DNA of 62,846 nucleotides, the filler included, from Sphaeroforma arctica JP610 (lineage: Eukaryota): assembly GCF_001186125.1 (NCBI RefSeq). It is 4 parts of one record of this genome, joined end to end, with 100 filler letters (N's around TTAATTAATTAA, not from the genome) between each part and the next. Parts side by side here need not be neighbours in the genome. Positions count along the whole stretch, not along the records: positions 1 to 29,717 come from NW_014040534.1; positions 29,818 to 40,785 come from NW_014040534.1; positions 40,886 to 48,073 come from NW_014040534.1; 1 more part is not named here. One strand, given 5' to 3'. Position numbers and translations under genes: made by a program. The notes below the pieces were generated by a model. That model was given only the letters and a program-made list of their open reading frames with translations, was not told the DNA's origin and made no database searches. This document shows, one piece after another, positions 28,184 through 41,088 of the stretch. Every line of letters begins with the position of its first letter. Position 1 is the first letter of the stretch.

Positions 28184-30516
28184 ATCAACCCATGGAAATT
28201 TAACAACTACACGGCCAATTTCGATTTCCCAATCCTGCCCCTCACCATGAAGCGTGTTTTACAGCACCAGACGATCTTACCGTCAATACCCCTCTCGAAC
28301 TCTCCGCTCTCCTTGACAACACCTTGCCACGTGGCGTCAAACAGGCCCAAAAGTCTCCTGCTTGGCCGTGGTGGCGTGCAGCCATCGACAAACAACATGC
28401 GGCTCACATCGTAAACGGTCTTGCTGACATCGTACCGCTTGCTTTCGTGCCCGCTCACAGGAGAATCAATCATTTCAAGTAATTTCTTACACGGAGGCAC
28501 GACGAGAAATCAACCACTGGAAATTTAACAACTACACGGCCAATTTCGATTTCCCAATCCTGCCCCTCACCTTTACAGCACCAGACGATCTTACTGAAAG
28601 ATTCGGTCTATTAAGGCGATATTAACGCCTTAGAGTAAATAAACGCGTAGGTAAATTCTAAGTATCGTGAAAATATCAAAGTAAATAAACGAAATGAGAC
28701 TTTTAGTAAAGTTAGGTATGCCTCGAGAAAACAGCAATACTCTGAGGGATTGTGAGGCTGAGACATTGCCTATATATAATCCTCTCAGTATTGTTTCCGC
28801 CGAAGGGATTTTATTTAGTGTTTCGTTGTCGCTCTATTAGAAACTATGGTATGTTTCATTGGGGCGAATCTGAGAGATTCATAAAATCCTATCTTTAGAA
28901 AGAAAGAAAAAAAGGAAAAATACTCTTGATGTCCTTAGTTATTGTCTTAACCAATAACTTGCCACTTATCAAGAATTACCGACTAAGCTTTCATCAGACT
29001 GGCACATCTGGTTGGCTGATCGGAGGATCAACTAGGTAACGTTAATAGTCCCTAGAAACCTATATTCGGTTGAGCCATCTCGCTACCGAAGTATTCAGAT
29101 ATAAATAAAGTTGGAAAGTAAATATAGTTCTATTAATAGAACTAGACCAACTCTTATGTTTGGTATTTTACTGGGGCCTTTTAATGGCCTCGTTCAAATA
29201 TCTGATATGTAAAATGGAAAAGGTATTAATTAATAAAACCATTAAAACCCATTTAGGAAACTTAAGTTCCTCGTACTATTAAGAGTACGTTTATAATTTA
29301 CGTTCTGCTTAAGAGTACGTTTATAACATAGAGTCTAATGTGGAGGCCCGGCTATTACACAGTCCCCACCCAGCTTTGAGACCCATGAGAAGCAAGTTGC
29401 TCACTCAAGCTGATTATGGGTCAAAAAGCGAGAAAGGAAAAACGCGTCGAAAACATTAAATAGCATAACATATAGTTAATGTTTCTCAGGCGGAGAAGTT
29501 AAGAGTTCTCGGTTACCCTGTGAGTTTTGGGCTTAGGTCCAGTAGGTCCGTGGTGGTCGACTGGACGTTTCTTACGCTTCAGTGTCTTAAGCACATATGA
29601 AGGATGAGCATTAAAGCTCGGGATAAATGCTGTAAGCGGATAAGTTTTAACTTCCGTGCCTTCAGACGATGAAAACATGCTATCCTTTTCAGCTTGTGAC
29701 TTATGCAGGCGTTTACGNNNNNNNNNNNNNNNNNNNNNNNNNNNNNNNNNNNNNNNNNNNNTTAATTAATTAANNNNNNNNNNNNNNNNNNNNNNNNNNN
29801 NNNNNNNNNNNNNNNNNAGAAAAAATAAATAAATAAAAGGAAAAATACTCTTGATGTCCTTAGTTATTGTCTTAACCAATAACTTGCCATTTATCAAGAA
29901 TTACCGACTAAGCTTTCATCAGACTGGCACATCTGGTTGGCTGATCGGAGGATCAACTAGGTAACGTTAATAGTCCCTAGAAACCTATATTCGGTTGAGC
30001 CATCTCGCTACCGAAGTATTCAGATATAAATAGAGTTGGAAAGTAAATATAGTTCTATTAATAGAACTAGACCAACTCTTATGTTTGGTATTTTACTGGG
30101 GCCTATTAATGGCCTCGTCCAGATATCTGATATGTAAAATGGAAAAGGTATTAATTAATAAAACCATTAAAACCCATTTAGGAAACTTAAGTTCCTCGAA
30201 CTATTAAGAGTACGTTTATAATTTACGTTCTGCTTAAGAGTACGTTTATAACATAGAGTCTAATATGGAGGCCCGGCTATTACATTACCGTCAATACCCC
30301 TCTCGAACTCTCCGCTCTCCTTGACAACACCTTGTCACGTGGCGTCAAACAGGCCCAAAAGTCTCCTGCTTGGCCGTGGTGGCGTGCAGCCATCGACAAA
30401 CAACATGCGGCTCACATCGTAAACGGTCTTGCTGACATCGTACCGCTTGCTTTCGTGCCTGCTCACAGGAGAATCAATCATTTCAAGTAGTTTCTTACAC
30501 GGAGGCACGACAAGAA
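28184..30516. repeat. ~325-bp tandem duplication of the Copia RT N-terminal region; copy 2 (28509-28594 + 30289-30516) is split by the LTR insertion
   Basis: ATCAACC...GGAAATTTAACAACTACACGG at 28184 and 28509; copy 2 has an 11-bp deletion and resumes at CGTCAATACCCC after the insertion. Confidence 0.92.
28595..30284 (-). mobile_element. Young LTR retrotransposon (probably Gypsy-type) on the minus strand; 3' LTR 28595-29359, PPT 29360-29371, 5' LTR partial 29819-30284; internal region lost in the assembly gap
   Basis: LTR TGTAATAGCC...CTTTCA (minus strand); TSD TTAC on both sides; PPT GGGTGGGGACTG; ~7 substitutions between the LTRs over ~450 bp; an open minus-strand frame ends ...PKPKTHRVTENS* near 29499. 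Confidence 0.9.
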
Positions 30517-33500
30517 TGGCACACCCACCATATACAAGGCCAGAATGGTCGCCCGGGGTGATCAACAGGAATATGGCACTTCGTACCAGGAAACCTATGC
30601 AACGGCTGCATCCGCTACCACCCGGCGCACATTTCTGGCTTGCGCTGCTAGCCTCGGCTTAGACATCTTCCATTCCGACGTCGATACGGCCTACCTTTAT
30701 TCGAAACTCGACACTCATAGTTTATGCATCCGCCTGCCGGCAGCGTCGAACTTGGTTACTACCCGGCTGCCTACGTCCTTAAACTTAAATGAGGCCTTTA
30801 TGGCCTATACCAGAAAATTGTCTTTGGAATATAGATTTTGTATCTACATCATCCGTCTACAAATTTGAGCGCACGGCCGCCGACGAATCACACAGTATCC
30901 TACTTATGATTTATGTCGATGAAGTTGATCCAGCGGTCGTCCGTCATTCAGGCAGAGAGGGCTAGGGGTTCAGCTCTCTTAGCAACCAATATTCCATGAA
31001 AATCTGGGCCTTGCCCGACACTTGATGGTATTCTACATACGGCACTCCGTTACATTAGATCAAACCGCTTATATTGAGCACATGCTTACAATTTTTGACA
31101 AGCACGACGCTCTCCCGAAGTATACGCTTGGCGACGCCATTCACCCGGCCAGCCTCGATGCTTCTGCCTACACCGGTAAAGATTACCGAAAGATGCTCGA
31201 CGTCTTCGGCCTCGCCACCAATATGACCATAGTGAACATTGCCGCCTGTCTTAACCAACTAACAGCTTTCACCACCCTGCCCAATGACCTCCCACTATGC
31301 TACCCGCGACTATGTGTTTGTGTACACGTCCTCTATGTCGTTCACCGATCCACTTGTTGCGTACACTGACAGCGGTTGAGGTGGTTGCCATGATAACCGA
31401 CGTTCACAACCCGGCACCGTGCTCTGCTCCAACGGCACCTTCATCTTCTGGATATTCCAGAAGCATCACGCCGATCCACTCGTTGCTTTTACTGACAGCG
31501 ATTGGGGTGGTTGCTATGATAACCGACGTTGACAGGTACCGTGCACTGCTTCAACGTTACTCCCATCTTCTGGAAATCACAGAAGCAGCGCACCACAGCC
31601 ATCAGTTCGGCTAAAGCGGAATATGTCGCCTCATAAGAGACTGCTTGGAGCATAGCATGTGTTCGAAACATGCTCGTAGCCATGCACATCCTGCCTACCC
31701 AACCTACTATCTATGGAGGTCTGCAATCAAGGCCGCTCTGGAGGAACGCGGAAAGGACTTAAGCGCATCGCAATACGCTATGCGTATGTTTATGACCGCG
31801 TTCAGGATGGTCTACTTACTATCTCCTATATATTTACTAGTGCGAAATCGACCGATTTACTGACAAAATCTCTTGGTCGCAAAAAGCATAAGACTTATGC
31901 GAACTACACCTGCTTAATTTTCTAGGGGGTTTGTGTATGACTCATAGTCGACTTAGTTTCTACAAACCTACACTGTATTTTTCTGTACGCATAGATACTA
32001 GTTCGTAGATATTTTCATAATCACCTTATATACTGAATAATGTCACAACTTTGTACATTCACATAAGTTTTCTACATATCTTGGAGAAGGAAACACACAA
32101 TTAAAAAGACATATAGACTTAATAGATGTTGTATCCGCCTATAATTTTATCGATGAGAATGTTCTCAATAAACTAAATAAATATATCTCCTACTAAATAT
32201 TCGGGGCCACCGATTCATGGCCTTTGTGGCATGGGGGTCATTACTTTATCCGCTCAAATTGCAATACAAATTGATGTGTCTACAGTAGATTTTTTACATT
32301 TTTTTGTCTAATTTACCTTACGAGGCGTGTTTCCTCCCGTAATATGAAACCCAGTGCAGTTTACGCTGGGCGTCCTCATTTGACATAGACTATACCTTGT
32401 TCGTTATACCAGGGCTTGATTCTAGTCAAAGGTGTTTCCTCGGGACCCACTGCCGCCACTCAGGGCAAACTCTATCTACTTCGGACGAGAGGAGGGGTTG
32501 AACAGCTCAAAGCCAAGTCAGCGAAGTTGCAGGCGGCCACAAAGGCGAGCAAATTACAAGGCTTCCAAGCACCTCTAACGCGGTGTGAGGAAGCAATTAC
32601 CTCTACCGTAGCAAACCACCTTCCCATGCCGGCGCAGGCCTATGGTACGCAGCCTATCCCATCGAAGACACTTCCCATGGTAGACCATCGTACCCGAGAG
32701 GTTGATGCGAGTTGCACGTACGAGGCTCCCTCCGCTAGCTCCGAAACCTGACACTACGACGATGACGTCTGTCGGTGCGGAGCTAAGCGGATACCCAAAT
32801 CTCCATATCATTTAACGCCCTTATATTCGGGCGCAATCACCGACGAACGGGTGTTTTAACCACGTTATCTTGACATTATACATCATGTTGACCTTCCCCC
32901 GGATTGGAAGGACGGTTATGGGGCTGAGAATTAGGACTCTGAGTATGAGTTCAACGTCGACAGTGATGAGGACATGGATATAGGGCTCTAGCACATTCGT
33001 GCCGAAACAGGAAAGATAACAGCCGAAATAGGTGACCTTATTGCCCTCCTCCACTCTCTGGCCTATGACCCAGCTCAGCCAATGCGCTGCGGGTACCGAC
33101 ATAGTATCGGGTACCCATTAAAAAACCCCCTTGGAAGTAGTTTAAAAAAATACACGATAACTCATTTTAGGTCGAAGTTCTACCAGCACAGCCAATCATA
33201 TTGTCGCTACCAACTACCCACATGAAATAATTCGACCGACCGAGCGAAACATTTAGACACCTCTTATATGTTACAATACAGTTAGAATAGTTTCTCATAT
33301 TCTGTTTTTAAGAAATTGAATGTAACAGACCCGGCAATATTGTAATTGTCTATGAATGTTTATCAATCTGATTCACATGAATATCTTCTTTATTAATACT
33401 TTTTAAAGGCTGCTGTGTGTGTACAAAGGTTGATGCAGTGATTATTACTCGTGATTTTATATCCAATCAATGTATTTATTTTAAAAACCGAATTTGACAA

Positions 33501-35063
33501 TAGTTGTTAAGTAAACCAGATATTACTCTGCTGAATCGCCGATATTCTCGGCGTTATGAAACTGTATTTTGAAAAACATGTTTTATCGAATCACAACGCG
33601 TAAGTGCCGTAAACCAGTTTAAATATGCTTCTTGTAAACTTGTCTGCGTAGAAAAAAACCGCTAACTTTCTTGACATCAGGTTTTAATAATTTGCATCGA
33701 TTTACGATATGATCCGTGACATGAACCGTGCAAATCATGAAGATTGGTTATTTAGTAACAATTAAAGGAAGGCTTCAAGTGTTTATCTTATTTGATTTTG
33801 TCAATCATGTTCGAAGTTATCTCTCTCTTTGTCATACCATTTTCATTAGTGCCATAACCAAGCTCTCACTAAATTTAGTGATTAGTTCGAGAAATAAATT
33901 TATCGTTGCTCAGATGGAAACTCGTCGCGAAATAATAAAATTGTGTGAAGAGACGGAATAATACACGTTGGAATCCATCCTCTACATGGTATCAATAACA
34001 ATGATTGAAGATCAAACGTGTTCGCTTTGTGCACGGTTGAGAATGTATATTGAATTGTTTTAATAAAGATCTATCCGTCACATGAAATTGCTCGTTTTGC
34101 CTCAGCTGAAAGCGGTTCCTAACCGCGTTCAGCATATATATCTAGGGTTGGCCTTGAAACTAGTTCACGTACAAAGCTGATTATTATAGAACATCTCGAA
34201 CAAACAGCAGCTAGGTATTAAACTTGGGCAAATTGTAGTTAGAAGTGAATACCTTCATTTAAATGATGTCAACATTGCAGTGTGATTCTAAATGCATTTC
34301 TCGTACCAGTCCTTTAACTCACAGCCTGTGTCCTCATCTGCTCTTTAATTGTGATGAACTTGCATGTTCATCACAAACATAGTTTTTGTTTGACTTCTGC
34401 AGCTAAAACAATTTAACGGCACGTATGCATCTACAAGTATTTGCATTTCTCCCATAGAGCTGTAGTCATCGGGCAGTCGCATTGCAGCAAATAAAATATC
34501 AGCAAGCGGAACTACACGACTACCAGATAGTATCACAACGCATAAATAAACTCAAAATTAAAACACCTTGATATGGGAAAGATATGGATCGACTTTTCAT
34601 GCAAATGTAAGAAAAGGGAGAAGAAAATAAAGGAAAATTTTGGTACTGAAGTTTCCATTTTTCCTAATATAATATACAAGTATTTCTAAAATAGTTTGAT
34701 AATATATTCTACATACTTTATTTTTGATTAAGTTCTGACCTTCGCAAACATTTAAAATGCCTATTTATGGTTTAAATTCGGATAAGTTATATAAGGAAAA
34801 CCGAATAAACAGACAATACAACCAATTTGATTTATAGCGTCGTATAGATATACAATTGCATCATCTCACTGAAAAAGTTTAAATCAGCTGATACTGGGTG
34901 TTATTAACATGACAAACCAGTGTATATATTTTTCAAGTATTTATTCCTGAAGTACAAAAGATATCGAAATTAAGCTCACCCACAATATGAGAGCCTCCAC
35001 GAAACGGCTACAAACAATCATGTGGACTTTATGTCACACTCTGGTCAAAGAACACATGCGATA

Positions 35064-35509
35064 AAACAAAAGTGTGTTTCCTTTCCCCTTTGGATTTTCA
35101 CGATACAGTGTAGGAATGTCCGAAATAGTTGCGACTGATAGTCAGAGTAGCAAAACACACGCTGTAAACAAAAGTACGGTTTCTCTTTCCTTCGCATTTT
35201 CACGATACAGAATGTGGATGTCCGTTATATAGTTGCGAGTTATAGTTAGAGTCGCAGAGCATATGCTGTATAACAAAAGTACGTTTTCACTTTCCTTTGC
35301 ATTTTCACGATACAGAATATAGATGTCCGATATAGTTGCGAGTGATAGTCAGAGTCGCCGAACATATGCTGTATAACAAAAGTACGTTTTCACTCCCCCT
35401 TACATTTTCACGATACAGAGTATGTATGTCCTCAATAGTTGCGAGTGCTAGTCAGAGTCGCAGAATACATGATGTAAACAAAAAGTAGATATTTTTCTCC
35501 CTTTTGCAC
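35064..35509. repeat. Diverged tandem array, ~4.5 units of 102-105 bp
   Basis: Core TTTTCACGATACAG at ~35095, 35197, 35302 and 35405; ATAGTTGCGA and AACAAAAGT recur with the same spacing. Confidence 0.92.
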
Positions 35510-36678
35510 ACTATAAATAGGGATGATTCATCGGTGAATAGTTTTAAAAACGATGTTCTCTGCTCAGTAAAATTTCTTTTGAAATTTTCTGTAGTGATGT
35601 AGTGAGAGAATTACCGTATATATAAACATAGCCTGCTGAAACCCTAAACCTTAAAATGATAAAAAACCGCTCACTCTCGCTCCGATATGGTTATAAAAAA
35701 GATGATTAGTATGATACAAAGATAAAAACGTTTGTAAGTATCACGATGGATTGATAAATGAAATGTTACAAAACTTGCGCTGAACCATGTTTTTGTTCGC
35801 TGTGGAAGGTTTGTATAATTTTTTATCGGTTTGTGAAGAAATTAAGATTTTACTAGCAGAGTCCCCTGGCTTATTCTATGACATTTAAATATGTTAAACT
35901 GTGAACGAACTAAGCCAACAAATTTCGAGGTCTTGGCCCAACACCCGATAAATAGATGCAATCTACTGCATGTACGAGCATGAGAATTGCTTGCCAGCAC
36001 AAAATTCGTCTTTACATTTTGCTGAGATCGTGTATAGGCACACTTAATTCGTATACAAGCAGGTAGCTGAATGTTCAAAGCTCATAAATGTAAGAAAGGC
36101 CAAAGTTCGTTGAAAAGTGTGCTAGCGAACTTAAACAAATGTAAGATTATAAAAAAGTTTGAATGAGCCGTGCGATAGAACGCAAGGGCCCAAGGTTTTC
36201 ATTTTTAATGAACGCTATCGAGGCACACTACCATATGGCTTCATGTACACCGGTCCTAGTTATATGCTTTCTCTAAATTGTCACGTTATAAAGCTGCCAC
36301 TAATTAAGGGCTGTACGAGCTTACCAACAGTGAACAGGAGAATCACTATCAAATAATAATAGCCATATCGAATTTAATTGCGTCTGTAAACCTTGGTTAG
36401 ATTTCTTTCCAGCTGCGAGATCTTCTGATGTGACTGTCTGTGTATGCGCCGATCTATGAACGCACGGCACCACAAGTTCGTAGCTTTCATATCACCTCTA
36501 TATAGATTCAAGTGATCATCACAAAGCCAGAAGGCTCCTCCAGCATTATGCTTATATGCTTCCCGTTCACCGCAAATAAATCTACATATATGAGCGCGTC
36601 TATGTGCAATCACACAATCGTGTACGACTGAGACCCATCACCGGGATATAGAGGTGGCTTACTGATGCAATCGATATT

Positions 36679-39600
36679 TTACACCTCATAAGCGTCCGCA
36701 GCAAGGGAAGGTTCGTAGCTGAGAAGCTGTTCATTGTAGCAGGTACAAAAAAGAAGTAAGTTTGTAGATGATACAAGTGAAATTCATAAGCGTGAGCGTG
36801 AATTCGGCGTCGAATACACATCGAAATATACACCAACAACACGGAGACTGTCGGGCGTCAAAGAGCCCCTGAGACTAGTGTGACTAGCTTATACTTGTAT
36901 ATTACTGAATCAATATTGCGCGATACCGCATCCAGTTTACCGGGCTGTATCTGACAAAATGGGTTTTTTGATTAAGCACCGAGTGAGCTTTGGGCTTGCA
37001 GCACGGAAGTAGAGCTGTTTGTCGTATGTATAGGTACACAGTCAGTTCCACAGAACCTATGACCAGTTTGACAGTGTAGGTTCTTGCGAAATTACAAATA
37101 AAACGGACTATGGATAAAAACCTGACTCCTATATGACTCATAAGATCATGTCACTTTTGTACCTTAGAATATTTGCGCAGCAGATGATACCAGTAGCCGT
37201 GCACGTCCTCCATACGCAGATGATCTATAATGAATCGCTGTCCATTCTCCGCCACCACCTTCGCCAGTGCATCATATCGCTACCAGTAGGGGATATAGAA
37301 TATTCATTGGCATGATCAAAAAGACCAATGGCTTGCATCATTATTCGGAAGAATGGTTCGAAACACTGAGAATCGATAGTTATGCCCAATACAATCTCGT
37401 AACATTAAAATGTACGCAATCCGGAGGCGAAAACACGTACACAATTGGTACTCATGTACCTACAGAATATGCGACATGCAATGAACTATTCAACCCAACG
37501 CACTGCAAATGATGGGCAACAATGTACAAAACCAGCAACATCTGAGTGGTACTTGAGTCGCGTGTCACGGTTGACCATAGACCTTTTGCATAGATTACGA
37601 ATATATAGTCGAGGAGATACGTGGTGGATGCATAGGTATACTTATATAGATAGCAGATGAAGTTTGAAGAAGTAACGACATCAGGGCATTGGATACATGC
37701 GCCGTACAAACATCCCGTCATAGTTCATGCAGGACATACCATCGCCCACTCAATGAGCTGCTGGCCATCGGAGAAGTCTGGTTTGACGGGTATGTAGTGC
37801 ACCCACGGCTGCATGCCAGGATAGAAGAACTCCAGCCAGTCGTCCTCGCCACTCAACACATGGAACACTAGTGACCCGCACAGGAACAAGTGCCGGAACC
37901 TGAAAGAAGCGGCAACCCCTGTATAATCATGTAGATGTTTGTTCAGGAAGAGAAATATAGAAAAATACAGAGTGCGCATATGTTCCTAGATAGTACACTG
38001 TCAACGAACCAATTGCAACCAATTGAAACCAGGCAAGGTGCAGTTGGTTATCGTGTACCGCCTTCACACACGAATACCCTTTTAAGTGCAATCAATCGTG
38101 TGCATATCAACACACGGGAAACAGTCAAATCTCCAACTGTCAAAGTGCTGGATAGCGATACTAGACGATACCGATTGAGTTATCGGGATACGATTCGAGG
38201 ACACAGGCATGGCGATACTTGCAGCAGATTAATATATCCGGGGTATAACCATGTGCGACATCTGTCTATCACTTCATCACACACTAGCAATGTATTATAG
38301 ATTCCGATCTGATCGTCTATCTCGAGGTACCTTACCTTTAAAATTAAATAAATACTTGAACTTGCAGTGATCGTCCAGCGATACGTCCTCTGCGGGTTCA
38401 CGTCCTAAGGTGTCGGCAATTGACTTCCAGGCTTGATTTTTTACATACCCTGCCTGATTGCCAAGATTGAAAGCGACATATGAGTATTCCTCAGTGAATA
38501 AGTGACACACATATGTACGGCGCAGAATACATCCTCAATGATGCTATGACGCAGTCTGCGATTTGGTAAAGAATTTTAGTACAGTTTCACTCATGCATTT
38601 CACAGTACATTGATGCTACCGTGAATCCTATCAATAAAAAATTATGCATGTGAAGTAGCAATCAATTTGCAATCAAATGAGAATAGGGTTGACCGAAGGA
38701 GGCCAAATGTAATAGCATGCTGTGCTTAGGCATCACTCCAACACAACTTCTCAGCCTGGAGGGACCTTTGGAAAAAGTTTACAAAGTAGGAATACGAAAG
38801 AGGAGTTGCGCTAGATTTTTCTTTCCATAAACACAGATGCTGGTGATTTGGAGCTTGCAGAACGAGAAGTGCTAGATCCATGATCAAATTACTGCATGTC
38901 GCTACACACAAAACCCGTATCTGTAGATCTACACATACTCACCTGAAAATTTATACATTCAAACTTATGCGCTGCATGTATAGCTAGTACACCTGATTGA
39001 AAAAGTCATACAGTATCACACAACTTCTCGAAACACGGGCATATACGTGCCTCAAGATCAGCTTAACAGACAAGAAGATAGGACATATGAGCGTAGATAT
39101 GCCTTATTTCTATTGAATAGAGCACACCTCCGCCAAGTACGGGTGTTCGCGCGACAAGAGAACCAACGGGTCTCTTTGGTTAGAGGTCCTGGATCCTCTG
39201 AAGAATGCCAGCTCAAGTTTTTCCACCCAAGGATATCTATCCGCCGATCGACTCATAGACTCGATCTTCAGGTCCCATCTGAGCAATATTACAGATGTAT
39301 ACAGATAGCTAAGCTGTCGAGTCCATTCATCGAATTGAGCTCATCGCAGTGAGAAGCGATATGACTGCAAATACCTGCGTGGAACGGATAAAATCCCGAG
39401 CTTTACATAGGCCGACTGCTCGATGAGATCCGGATCAACATGTGAGGTGCGCCGTGACCATCCGTACACAGTTCCGGCGCATCAGTTGAAATTTAGCATA
39501 CTATACGTGTGAAAAGCCAATCCTGGTATAACCCACATACCACAATATAGTAACTCTTCATACATTGCTTCCATTGCCGCTACAATTGGAAGCATGTTCA

Positions 39601-40466
39601 TTGGCATGTGTCACAGACAACACCCTGCGGGGAATTACACTACAGTTAAGCTCCATACCTCCCGAGACAGCCCGGTTCTGTTTTCACGCAAGGGCCTCCC
39701 TTGAAGAACGACCAATTGGGGTACATGATATCCAAGAACCGCGAATTGCGGCTGAAGGAGAATACTGGTAAAGCTACTTCTGATTGCGCAGTGATCATCG
39801 GATAGTCGCGTTCATTCAGCACAAACTCAACATTTGGCATAGGTCGCTCCTTGTGTGTATCCAGTACGGCATGCAACATATGCTCGACTCCATCACAACG
39901 CATCGAAAACACACACCGTTTCTGTAGATGACACAAATACAGTCGAGTAACTTAGAAACCAAATACATCAGCAAACCAACGTATATGCATGATGGTAGGT
40001 GATTCTTGCTTTTCTGGGCACCACACATCTACGATAAAACAGTAAAAGTACCAGTACCAGCTCTGTTTCTTAAACCCTAGAGAACGTGCCACAAACAGAG
40101 GGACATAATCAAATCTCAATGAACATTATTGATTGTCACTTCAAAGGTCATTCTATGAAAAGTACACAGCACACGAACGTACGTCTTCTGAGATGCCACC
40201 ACTTCGATATAACTTGCCGTCAATTATTTGGTACAGAATTCCCAAGCGCGTGCTGGCCAAAGCGTTTTGTGTCGTCTCTTTGGTGATACTGCCATCTTCC
40301 CAATGTTTGAGGGAATCAGACAGTACTTGATCGTAACATGCAGTGTACTTGCCTTGGCAGCCAGTCCAATTTTTCTCGCCTTCCAGTACCTAGACGAGAT
40401 TGGTAGCATTCGAATTAGGTGCGTTGGTATATATATATATATATAAAGATATATATAAAGATATAG

Positions 40467-40555
<89 letters not shown>

Positions 40556-41088
40556 AAAACACCCTAACAAAACTGTAAACAATAGAAAAACACATTTGTC
40601 AACGGAACCTATGTTTTAATGTACACACATCACACAACGGAACCTATGTTTTAATGTACACACATCACACACTCATAAATACACATAGAAAAGTATAAAT
40701 ATATACAATAGAAAACATATGCATACTTGGGATATGATATAGATATACATGCATAAACTACACACCCCCTTCCCCCACCACCCCGNNNNNNNNNNNNNNN
40801 NNNNNNNNNNNNNNNNNNNNNNNNNNNNNTTAATTAATTAANNNNNNNNNNNNNNNNNNNNNNNNNNNNNNNNNNNNNNNNNNNNATATAAATAAATAGA
40901 TTAAAAGTATTAAAGCTACACATTAGTTGTTTTCTCTAACTACATTCACTAGACAATACTTTTTCCGACGCCCATTTGTCATGAGGACTCGGTTCTAGGG
41001 GACACTTGCGGACATGCTTCGCATGGATTGGATGTGTGATAACGCATATTAGCGCTGCCAACGCGAGCAACATTCGGTGTACGACCAT
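36679..41088 (-). CDS. POGLUT1: Protein O-glucosyltransferase 1 / Rumi-like (CAZy GT90, CAP10 domain); exons 41088-40960, 40389-40183, 39921-39659, 39278-39128, 38453-38336, 37918-37740, 37279-37163, 36726-36679
   Basis: Signal peptide [48 protein letters not shown]...[116 protein letters not shown] are collinear with animal POGLUT1; first and last exons are less certain. Confidence 0.92.
40427..40552. repeat. (TA)n microsatellite in POGLUT1 intron 1
   Basis: Seen directly. Confidence 0.95.

Larger units (their letters stand above)
25290..32076 (+). mobile_element. Decayed Ty1/Copia retrotransposon (integrase-RT-RNase H order, PPT, probable 3' LTR ~31931-32076), interrupted by two nested LTR insertions
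   Basis: Integrase: HCPDYQEGKLK, LHVDLQGPM..DPYGNRY, LVTDGDSVF, NTPQLNGKEE. RT: PRGVKQAQKSPAWPWWRAAIDK, YKARMVARGDQQEYGTSYQETYA, HSDVDTAYLYSKLD, LLMIYVDE. RNase H: SSAKAEYVA, KRIAIRY...DLLTKSL. PPT AGGGGG then TG at ~31924-31932. Confidence 0.92.

Noticed and set aside
29762..29773. TTAATTAATTAA islands inside N-runs (also ~40830 and ~48118)
   Set aside because: Identical 12-mer centred in the gaps with stops in all frames: a scaffolding linker, not biology
35064..35509. CRISPR-like or ankyrin-repeat interpretation of the ~103-bp array
   Set aside because: Whole units are homologous (no unique spacers), there are no cas genes, the context is eukaryotic, and conserved stops and frameshifts interrupt the ankyrin-like frame
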